Part shown: one piece after another, positions 40,916 to 53,911 of the stretch
Layout: each line of letters opens with the position of its first letter
How positions within the stretch are numbered: position 1 is the first letter of the stretch
Source: Paraspadella gotoi
Lineage: Eukaryota > Animalia > Chaetognatha
Reading direction: 5' to 3'
Length of the DNA: 64,000 nt
Assembly (NCBI GenBank): GCA_051294375.1
Contig: CM119266.1
Span: 2,469,008-2,533,007 of the forward strand
Program-made: the position numbers and the translations under genes
Notes under the pieces: model-generated
What the model was told of the DNA's origin: nothing
Seen by the model: only the letters and a program-made list of their open reading frames with translations
The model's database searches: none

Positions 40916-42400
40916 AAAAAGACGTCGATAGAAAAAAAAAAAAAGTGCATGTTAACGCCCCTATTGAAGGAAAACGCAACTTTCTAGGTCTTAGAGTTGC
41001 TTTAGAAGTCAATTACAATATCTATATTATTAAGCAATAAAAGAAAGAAAAAATTAATTTGTAAATTATATAAAATACCGAAATAAACTGAGTGAGAATT
41101 TGACGACAACAGTAAACAAAATTCCGATACATTTCGTGCAATTTAACTTTCAGCTCGGATTCTCTCATGAAATGGGTACCGCCCGTCGTTTGGCGCAATT
41201 CTCCCATCGACGCCGACCGTGCCATAAGACTCAGACGCGGCGCCCCGCGCCGCTCTTGCCGCCAAATGACGACCTCGCACCGGCGCTTAATTGCTGGCGC
41301 GTAGATCCGGCGCCTACGAGAAACACTTAGTGGTTGGCCCCTTTTTACAAATTACGAAAGATTTAAAAAAAAAAGAAGGTCACGAAAATTAATAAACATT
41401 TTGACATACGTCGTACCAATGAAGTAGAAATTTTACCGAGCATTGGGCCTGTACATGGGTGTAACGTGAGCGTTATGACGATTAACTTGCTTTGATAAAG
41501 AAACTAACTTAATAAAAGAAAGCGAAATTGTTCATTTGCGCTAAAAGAAAAACATCGTGACAATGTAAACACATTCCAGATTTAGAAAGAAAGGGGAGGC
41601 GCCTTGATCGTTTGTTTCTTTCGTCTAAAAATAAAGTTTACGTGTGACTGAATAAGGTTAAATCAATTCCTACGAATAGGGTGTTACTTTTGTTAAAATT
41701 GTTTAAATTTAAAGGGAAACATACATATCACATACATTTAACATGAGCCGCCAGAGGCCCATAGCCTGTCCAAGATCGGGGGCTTGTTTATTGGATGAAT
41801 GAATAATTTTTGTAAATCAAATAATCGACGTAAAAGTTCACACGCTATGGTCAGCTTATTATATATTTATATTCAGATGCAAAAATATAGAACAAAAGTT
41901 TTTGCCATGATTACAATTTAAACAGTTCATGAAAATGTTTTACTGATACATTTTAAAGATGGCGAAGCTGGGTGGGATAGTTCCTAATCTAGAAAGCCTT
42001 AGTAGTACCAATTTCATTCACAAAAAATTACAATAGCACCCACGCTCACTCTCTCACACACAGTTCGACAAAACGGTTCGCGCCCAGACGAACACGAAAA
42101 AAAAATAAACCAAAAAAAGCGACGGGGCTCCCAGGGCGAAAGGTCACGTCTTTCGCGGTAATTTAAATATAAATATCAAATCAATTAAGTAATTAAATTA
42201 GACGCTCTATACAAATAGAAAGTATGAAAAAACAAAAACGGGGGGGGTATGAGATTCCGAGAATGAGTTTCGTGTGGAAGATAGAGAGGAAGGGGAGGAG
42301 AAAGGGGAGGGGGGGCTTGTGAAAGGGAGAAGAACGGGGAGGAAAGAAAAGAAAAGGTGGACAAGAGGACGGTAAGAGAGAGAGAGAGAGAGAGAGAGAG

Positions 42401-42446
<46 letters not shown>

Positions 42447-43036
42447 ATATATGAGAGATCACAAACAGAAAAAAAATCTGTGTGAAAGCGGGTGCATTCC
42501 TTAATGAAAAGGAAGGAGTTCCGTTGCTTAAAAGCTTTTTTGCCGTATCGTCGCCGTTGTTGTCGTCGGCCCCGTGGTCGTTGTCGTTGTCGTCGTCGTG
42601 TCGTCGTCGTCCGATTCTTCCTATCTAACCTTTCTTCACAAGCCGTATGCTTTCCGTGTGAGAATTCAATATATTTCTCAAAGATTTATAATAATTAAAT
42701 TGAATAGTCAGATACAAAGAAAATTAGGGCAATAAAAACGATATCCTTTAGGCTTCACGTTCCTTTCCTTTTCGCTTCGCTTTCGACCAATCAGAGCCTT
42801 TCCCTCCAAATTAGAGAGACGAAGATCGGCGGAAAGAACCAAGTTCGCCTGTTGGTATCTTAAGTCAATTTTAATACCAAAGAATTGCATTAAATTTTGA
42901 TCATTTCTACCACGTATTTTATAATTAACGTAATGCCAAATTTTCGTGATTAAAACATATTGAAATGTAATAAATTTCTGTTTCCAGATTTAAAAAAAAA
43001 AAAAAATCAGCCCAGCCAGATTGGACCGAATCGACC

Positions 43037-45616
<2,580 letters not shown>

Positions 45617-46382
45617 AAGAGTAAGGGGGGGGGGTGGGGAAATTAAAGGGAATTCATGTTTTTATCGTTTTTACGCCGTTTTTTGTTCGACAATTTGTTT
45701 TACATTTTATACATTTTTTATAAAAAAATATATAATTCACTTTTACGCAAAGTTTGAAATTATTTTCAGCTCGAACGATAAGAAGTTAAGAATATAAATG
45801 TCATTTTATTTTGACGCAAAACGTGAGTGCGTCAAATACTTCCGTGAGGTGAACGGCCCAAGAAAAATATATAAATTTTTAAATCTATAATACTAGAACT
45901 TGGTCTTAAACTCGGTTATTAATGTTTATAAATGTTATTAAATCTCCTGTCACCATGATGATAATAATGGGATAGAAAAAGTACGTAGTAAAACAAAATA
46001 AAATCTTGGTCATAGAAACTGACGAGTCAATTGTCAATGCAAAACAAAACAAATGGTATTAACTTGGTATTACTTTGTGATACTGATAGGAGGGTTTTTG
46101 ACATGTTAAGTAGGGGACAGACCGACTGGCCAACAGCGAAGTCTCATTTAATTGGCTTTGAGTTGCTTCGCCTGCTACTAGGAAATTATTTGCTATCCCA
46201 CCAGAAATATAAAGTAATGTCTAAAAAATAACTTGCTTATACGTATCTATGCGCGGGACAAAAATATCGTTCACAGAAGATTATATGAGGATTCTCAATG
46301 ATAGAATAAAACGTATGTTTTCTCGATAATATTTCTCTTCGTTTTCAAGGAGACCTAAGTTAGAACAATTTTTTTACTTTGT

Positions 46383-46648
46383 TATGAAATTGGTACAACC
46401 AATATAAAAATTATCCATTCATTTAATAAATAAGCTATCTTGCCCCTGACTTTGGACAGGCTTTGGTGGTTTAAGGCCTCCATCACTCTTACAAGATAAT
46501 GACATAGCAGGTCCCTGCAAGCTTTCAATCAAGACTCTCTCACAATCTCGTTTATTCACTCCCAGAGTACCTGGCTTCCCTATCAATGAAGTGGAAAATA
46601 TTTCAAAGAATGTTTCAATTGTATGAAAAGACCACTCCCTTAAGTATT
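46383..46648 (-). repeat. Dispersed truncated copy of the ~323-bp unit
   Basis: Starts ATGAAATTGGTACAACC on the + strand, the same terminus as the array at 58592. Confidence 0.9.
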
Positions 46649-47073
46649 TTTTAAGATTTTATTTTAACTGTTTCAATCAATAATACCAATTTTATAAACA
46701 TCTACAAATTATCCCCGACTAGTCACACAATTTTGCAGAACTCGCTGTATTCATCATTTGCTCTAATTTGTATTTAAGGCATACTTATTACGTCCTTTTT
46801 ACTGAAGAATCAGATAAACGAAAACCTTACCTACTTATTTAGTAATTTGAACCCATTTAAATCGGTAAGTGCGCGTTAGAAATATCGATCTCAAAATATT
46901 ACATGAGATTTCTCAGATGATAAAACAAACATACGAATTTGTCTAGTCGATATTCGTTGTCATGGAGACAAAAACAATATTAGGAGGTGCAACTGGGGGT
47001 GTTCGCAGGATTGCACCCCCAGGAATTTTCTCACATAAAATCGCACACTATATAAAGTGTATAATCGTGTTTC

Positions 47074-49299
47074 TCAATCGCAAATCCTATCTTGCTGATC
47101 GTAAATCGCCACCGAGTAAAAGCTACTCTGACGGTTTCCAATAGACTCCCGACAAAAGAGTCCGAAGCACTTCGTCAGCATTCGACGTTCCTTGGGGATG
47201 CTGAACATCCCTGTCACATTGCCGCCGCCTTCTGCTCTGCTATAGAATACTCTGGAGACGTTGATGATCGAGACCCAATTCTGGGAAACTCCTGTCCCGG
47301 ATGTAAAGTTCGATATGAAGGCTCCAAAGGTCAGGGGAACCTTCTTCAGTTTCTTAGTCGTCCAAAAGCGAAACCCCGCAATTACCTAAATTACGGTGAA
47401 AGAATAACCTTCCGCTTTACGGTTTTAATTTGCAAATATATCTTGCCCCTGACTTTGGACAGGCTTTGGTGGTTTAAGGCCTCCATCACACTTACAAGAT
47501 AATAACATAGCAGGTTTCTGCAAGCTTTCAATCAAGACTCTCTCACAGTCTTATTTATTCACTCCCAGTGAACCTCGCTTCCCTATCAATGAAGTGGTAT
47601 AATATTTCAAAGAATGTTTCAATTGTATGAAAAGACCACTACCTCTATAATTTTTTCTGTTAGTTTGAAAGGTTAAACGAAGCTTGTAGTCGGGCATTGC
47701 CGAGGTTCACCCCGCCTAGAAGCATGACTCTTTCAGTTGTGACCCGGTGGCTCATTGAGTAAAGCACTCAGCTCATGACCACTGGGTGCCGGGTTCAATC
47801 CCAAGCCGTCTTGGGGGCATGACAAACCCTCAAGCCATGTTCCAAGCCCAGGACCCGTTCCATGGTTGCTAGAGGAGTTATAGAAGTTACGAACAATCAT
47901 CTTCAGCCCACGTAGCGCCTTATCCTCAAGCTTTTTTTTATACGTATCTTACCTTGGACCTTTTTAAACACACATAGGCGAAGTCTCTGCCATTGACCAT
48001 ATTTCTAGCCCACTTGCTATCTTCGCATAAATTTGGTATTCGGCAGAGGGGGCTGCCGTCGGTGAAGTTGAATTGCCCCGTCAGTGCCCACTTGTCTAAC
48101 CGAACGCGACCGTAAAATTCCGCCTCATCTTTCAACGATATGCGGGATCCTGTTTGGTCTTTAATAAAAAAAAAAATTAATTGACTTTTTTTATTTTTCC
48201 AAGAATGGTTTGCTAGCAAATCACTAAGCCAGTGTACTAAGGCACCGAGGGGACATGTGAGGGGTATGATGCATCTCGCAACGGCTGACGCTCAGGGTTT
48301 CAGACCTGCAGTGACCACTAAGGCGTAGTGAAAGTTACATATAAAAATTCTAAAATGTCAATTATGAACAACATACTATCAGTAATATTAATTTATAAAA
48401 AAAATTATTTTATGTTCTTCAATTTTCGCAGTAGGCTATATTTATATATAGTACTATCCTTATAAAATTGCAAAAATTCAACATTGGCTTTTCTTAATTT
48501 TGATTGCAGATTTGAATCCTCGTCAAAAGTTGATAAAAGAATATATAAGTCATTTTAAAAATTCTTTCATTAAGTGGGTTAAAAATTTAAAAAACTATAT
48601 TTGATATATAAAAAGTTAATTTTCAGCTTAAAATATAGCTTTTTCTAATTTTTGACCACTTAATGAAGAATTTTTTAAAAAAAGAGTTAAATTTCTTTTT
48701 ATCAACTTTTTCTGACGAATCCAAATCTGCAAAAAAATCTTAGAAAAAACTGTTTTAAAATTTTAATATTTATTGGATTAGTACTAGTATAAATATGGCC
48801 TACTGTGTAAATTGTAAAATTTATTATAAATTTTTTATTACATAAATGTTTATTAGTTTAATGTTATTCGTTCCTCACTTTTAGAATTTTAATTAAAGTT
48901 AAATTTAGAAATTTTACTACGCCTTAGTGACCACCCCATGTCACTAGCGCGTTAATGCCGACAGTATCATACTATAACCAAGCTATACGCCACAGTACTT
49001 TAAAAAATATTTTTTTCTGCTGAGCATAACCTCTCCGATTTTCACATTTTTTAATTTATAATTAATTGGTAATTAATGCACACTCAAGGCAATCTTTGGA
49101 GGCCAAATGGTGATTTTCAACATTTTTATTTTTACTCACTAGCTTCACAACTCCGGCGAATGACAACTATTTTCCCGCCAAATCTCTGAACGACAGCAGA
49201 CGGACTCGTTGATGAAAATTGATATGTCGATGGAGATGACAATGACGACAAAATCAGCGTAAAACAAAACAAAAGGCGAGGATAAAAAAACAGCGCCAT
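47074..49299 (-). CDS. Secreted protein of unknown family, paralog A (225 aa); exons 49299-49140, 48158-47953, 47385-47074
   Basis: MALFFYPRLLFCFTLILSSLS...PSAVVQRFGGKIVVIRRSCEA | NQTGSRISLKDEAEFYGRV...RNMVNGRDFAYVCLKRSK | VIAGFRFWTTKKLKKVPLTFGAFISN...TKCFGLFCRESIG...IYDQQDRICD*. GT-AG introns in phases 1 and 0, open frame throughout, exon-by-exon homology to paralog B. Confidence 0.85.
47437..47640 (-). repeat. Internal fragment of the ~323-bp unit (intron 2 of paralog A)
   Basis: TATCTTGCCCCTGACTTTGG...GAAAAGACCACT on the + strand. Confidence 0.9.
47685..47870 (+). mobile_element. tRNA(Met-like)-derived SINE family 1 with a conserved 5' extension
   Basis: A-box TGGCTCATTGAG, anticodon-like CTCATGA and B-box GGTTCAATCCC from 47739, preceded by a ~55-bp leader shared with the copy at ~775-830. 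Confidence 0.65.
48319..48926. mobile_element. hAT-like foldback MITE (608 bp) in intron 1 of paralog A
   Basis: TIRs TAAGGCGTAGT...ACTACGCCTTA, flanked by a perfect 8-bp target-site duplication GTGACCAC (48311-48318 and 48927-48934). The interior is an imperfect palindrome. Confidence 0.85.
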
Positions 49300-49418
49300 C
49301 CTTTGGGAGAGCTAAAATCTTTTTTTGAAACGCAATTATTTCACCACCAACAGTTCGGAGGAATATCGGCAGATCCCGATCGATTCCTCGGCTAAAATCT
49401 CGGCAGAGAGTGCCGATT

Positions 49419-49777
49419 TTTTAGTTGCGCCACGAGTACTCGCAGAGCAACTCTATAAGTCACTCTTCGGTCTGTCGGTCGGTCGGTCCGTCGGTATATC
49501 TGTCGGTCGGTCTGTCCCACTTACGATTAAAATATATATAATTTGCCTATAGTTGGTTGCTTTTTTGTTAAGACAGAAAAACCTCAAATCTAAGGGATTC
49601 AAGAGCCGCCTTAAGGAAAAGACGGAATTTTGATGCAGTGTATGTCATAAATACATGGGCTAAGAAAGTTATTGTAGTCATGTTATGTCATGTCATATCA
49701 CGTAATATCATGTTATGAGAAATACATGTGATAAGGCAGTCACTGCGGCGCAACACATTTGAATTGCCTTTCTTGTT
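49419..49777 (+). mobile_element. HINE/DINE-1-like element
   Basis: TTTTTTAGTTGCGCCACGAGTACTCGCAGAGCAAC hairpin, (GTCG/GTCT)n microsatellite and TTCTTGTT end. Confidence 0.65.
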
Positions 49778-51239
49778 CTATTTCGTTGAGCTCCGGCGAA
49801 TAACTTAGAAGAGAAGGATAACGATATGATTTTGAAACATGAGCAATAGAGTGGAGCTCTTGAGAAAAAAAATTTGATTTGAGTCAATTAACAATAATAA
49901 TTTTATGCGAGTACAAAAAGTATTTGGTTCATATTGTGTCGGGAACAGAAAAGCAAAATACAATATATTTATAGAATTATCCTTATAAAATAAGAAATTT
50001 TCCAAAAAAAATTTTTTAAAATTTTTATCAAAGATTCAGATTTCTCATAAAAAGTTAGACCAAAAATATAAAACATGTTATCACAAATTTTTATGTCTAC
50101 AATATCAAAGTTAAAAAAAAATGTTAAAATTCTCAACTTTTTAACTCTCTGTAGTAGAAAATATTATTTGAAAAACCGATATTAAGGATAAGGATATTAC
50201 TACAAAAAAAATCTCATTTGCTCTACTGTTAGGCTAAAAAAATTTTTTAAAAGGCATGATTTTTTGGAGTTATACATACGGAATCAGCAAAAAAATATTG
50301 TTAACTCGCTTAATATTTTCATCACTTAACCCTAATGAGCAACCCAAAACTTTCATACAGGATGCAACGAGATATATACACTTAGCACTTTGAGATAGTA
50401 TGAACCGTTTTGGTGGAAAGAAAAAACGTTTTGCCAATTCTATAAGAAAAACTCAAACTTGCTGAAATTCGTAGGAAAACAGTTTTGTTTAATCTGACTT
50501 TTTTCATTGAATCTGTCATCTCTCTTTAAACTTTTTTAAAATTCTATGATTGATAATTTGACAATTATTTAAAATTTGTAATTTGCTACTCACACTGCAT
50601 CCCTGTATTTACCAGAGTATGTTTTCATCGTCCACTTAAAGCGTCTAATGCAAGCATCCAACAGATGGAAAATGAAACCCGAAAGAGGAAAGGATTAAGG
50701 AAGAGGATTCCGGAAGAGGAAGAAGATTCTGGAATGATTTCGAACGTGGATTTTGGAAGCCAAATCCAGTAAGGAACAATAGTTTCCGGAAGAGGAAAAA
50801 GAAGGTTCCAGAAGAGGAAGAGGAGGATTCCGAAGAAGGAATCTGGCTTCGTCTACTTCCCATTATAAATAGCCTCTGTTTCTGGCTTTGATTCCTCTGT
50901 CCTAAATCTGACACCGTGCTTGCGCTTGTTCTTAGTGAAATAAATATCCACTTTGGTTTCATGTTGAAATCCCTGTCTACTTCTTAAATGTGGTACAGAG
51001 TGGATTCGACAACCACGACTCCAACAGGAAGAGTAAAAACCTTACCACCAAGACCACGCCACTCAAGAAAATGGACTTCGCCATCAGAAGAAAGACGGAA
51101 ATATCGATCGCATGAGAAGTTTCAGATGATGAAATGAATATACGAACTCGTCGCGTAGATATATCCGGTTATCATTTCCTCGTGGACTTATTTGTAATAG
51201 CGTTAATATGGATAAGAGGCGAAGTGGCAGCAATGGAAC

Positions 51240-51375
51240 GGCTTCGAAACCAGCTTGGGGTTTTCCAACCCCAACGCCGGGTAAGCGCCATCGATCCCGA
51301 TATCTGAGGGTCATGAGCTGATGGCTTTACTCATGAGACACCGGGTCACGACTGCGGGTGTATGATTATAAGCTG
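51240..51375 (-). mobile_element. tRNA-derived SINE family 1 copy
   Basis: GTGACCCGGTGTCTCATGAGTAAAGCCATCAGCTCATGACC...AAAACCCCAAGC on the - strand. Confidence 0.6.
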
Positions 51376-51934
51376 CTATTCCGAAACAATAATAACAAAA
51401 CAGACTAAATCGGAGTGATTAACAATTGAACAGTCGACACTTTTTGCGGTCTCATCGAAATATAGAAAGGATAGCACGGAATCACATTCAAACAATTTTC
51501 TATAACTATTTGTTTTTTATTTCAAGGTTTTCATCTGAAAGAGCTAAAACTAACAAAAACGTCATGTCAGTAAACGGTTTTGTAATCGACTTTTGTACTG
51601 CGAAAAAAGGAGACATGAAAATGAAATTCATTAAAAAAAAATGTGACCAAATATATAATTAGATGAGAACTTGAAACTTATAGACGTTGAGTTAAAAAAA
51701 AATTATTTACTGAAAAAAAAATTGAAAAAAAATAATTATGAGACTGATGAACAATTACGAAATGTAGAGGATAAAAAAATTAAGAGAATCAAAAACAGAT
51801 ACTGATATAAAAAATTGTGATGAATGAATGTGAATTGAAATGATGTTTGAATGAACAAAAACTGACGCCGCTTAATCGTTCATCTTCAAAGTTTCTGAAT
51901 CGGAAAAAAAAAGGGGGAAAAAATTGTTGACGCT

Positions 51935-52375
51935 TTATCTTTGGCAACAACAACGACAACAAACAAAGTCAAAACAACAACGACAACAAATTATTCTACT
52001 CTTTCTCTCACCTCCCTCTCCTTTTCCTCTTCCTTCTTTCTCCTTCTTCTCCTTCTTCTCCTTCCTCCCCTTCTTCTCCTTCTTCTCCTTCTTCTCCTTC
52101 CTCCCCTTCTTCCCAAGCGTGATCATCCCCATGTCGACGGCCGACTCGGCGTCCAACTCCGACTTCGGTTCATGAACGACGACAGGAGCGAAGGCGACGG
52201 CGCAGCACTCCGCCTCCAGCCGCAGCGTGTAGTTGCCAGGCAGCAGCAGGCGCCAGAATTCTCCCCATTTCGTCGTCCGCGAGACGACGTCCTCTCGGCC
52301 GACGACGACGACGGAGGCGTTGACGATCGTCACTCCTTTCCAATTTATGGTCACACCTTTGACGCCGATGAGACC
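51935..52375 (-). CDS. M14B (CPE/CPD/CPM-type) carboxypeptidase-like gene: transthyretin-like C-terminal domain exon with Lys/Glu-rich and Cys-rich tail
   Basis: GLIGVKGVTINWKGVTIVNASVVVVGREDVVSRTTKWGEFWRLLLPGNYTLRLEA matches the GVKG...NA.I.V...GDYWRLLxPGxY signature; TTTAG acceptor at 52376-52377. Confidence 0.75.
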   Translation of the reverse strand, partial: GLIGVKGVTINWKGVTIVNASVVVVGREDVVSRTTKWGEFWRLLLPGNYTLRLEAECCAVAFAPVVVHEPKSELDAESAVDMGMITLGKKGRKEKKEKKEKKGRKEKKEKKEKEGRGKGEGGERKSRIICCRCCFDFVCCRCCCQR

Positions 52376-52909
52376 CTAAATATCTACCACTATTTAGGTA
52401 AGTCGGTATTGGGCAGAGACAGACAGACTGACACGGGACTCGTAGTGTTCCATCCGCAGTCCTAATGACTTCCCTCTGCGTTGGCAAAGCGAGACCGTCC
52501 TAGGGTAACCGCGCCAGTGACTGGAGGCGTCACTGAGGGTCGGAAGCCCCCAAAGCCAACAGTGAGATTCCCCATCCCAATGGGCATCACAGGCAACCCG
52601 GCTGTTGCCATAGTGTTACCTTTACGATGTTAGTTTTTATGTTATATTTTTATCAGTGTAGTTTTTATTTGTTTACTGTCTTCCAGTCTTTTTTTCTGTT
52701 ATTGATCTTTTACTAGTTTTGTTTTCAATTATGTTAATATCGTTTTTGTTATTAATAAAAATATAAAATTTCAAGAGATTAAAAAGAAAAATATAGTTTT
52801 ATTAGATACAAAACTCCACGAAAAATGAAAAATTTATCCATGCGTTTTTCCTTTCATGATTATTATACATTTACACAATCTTCACCCCGGTGAATGAAAC
52901 CGACCTCAC

Positions 52910-53101
52910 GCTCCGACCGATGGAATAGAGATAAGCCTGATCAGGATACTTCTCCACCAAACGAGTCATCGTCTCCATCAAATCCGAGTTGGAAAAGTAG
53001 ACGTTCTTTCCCGGCGTCACGGTCTCCTCTCCGGCGCCATCCGTCCACGGCGTCAAAATGGCGCCCAAAAATAAATAAATAGCCGGCGTCGCCGACAGCA
53101 T
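52910..53101 (-). CDS. M14B carboxypeptidase-like gene: first exon (signal peptide plus start of the peptidase domain)
   Basis: MLSATPAIYLFLGAILTPWTDG...VYFSNSDLMETMTRLVEKYPDQAYLYSIGRS matches the YH...L...YP....LYSIGxS start of M14B enzymes; GTGAGG donor at 52909. Confidence 0.75.
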
Positions 53102-53911
53102 TTTTGAACGGGGGGGGGACAACCCGAGAGAGGAACTTCGGGCCGGAATATCCGACTAAGATCTTATAGTATGAGCTTCCATTTAATTATTTAATTCAAG
53201 CCTAAACTTCGTTAAATATTATCGCCTAAAAAGACGATTTAATATTCGATTCTTTTCCGTCGTTGCTTTTTTTAAATCCAAAGCGAAAGCGTTGGGTTTA
53301 ATTTTATTTTTTTAAACAATGGAGATTAAAAAAAACAAACTTTCTGATTTTTAAAATCAGAAAAGTCAAATCTGTCAACTCGCTAAAGTTTAATCGTAGC
53401 AGAATGTAAGTTTTGACAAATAATATTTTTTTGTCAAAATGTATAAGTTACATGAAAAAAAATGTATTTGAAAAAAATAAATAAAGATTTAAAAATAAAG
53501 AAAATTTCTTCATTCCTGGGATTATGAGCCATAGCTGCCCTTTCGATATCCTCCTATTATTCCTATTACTCCAGTGGAAATATAAACAAAAAATGAACGA
53601 ACCAACGGAAGGAATAAAAATGGAGCAATGAAGCGAACAATTTTCATAACGTCACTAAGTGTAGATAAAAGGAAGAATTATTCACTGCTTTACTGAGAAG
53701 CTCGAAAATGATCTTTATCTTCCTTAACACTTTGCTAATATAAAAACAAAATTAAATATTATTAAATTGTATAATTATAATTATAGTATTATCAGTTTTA
53801 TTATTATTATTACTTTGTCTCGCTCCACGACCAATCAGTTTCCTGCGATCTTATTTTCTAGCAACACTTCCATTCCTTATTGCGTTTTGCCATTTGCCAT
53901 TTGCCATTTGC

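Noticed and set aside
47739-47810. Functional tRNA-Met gene
   Set aside because: No acceptor stem closure, and it is embedded in a longer dispersed repeat.
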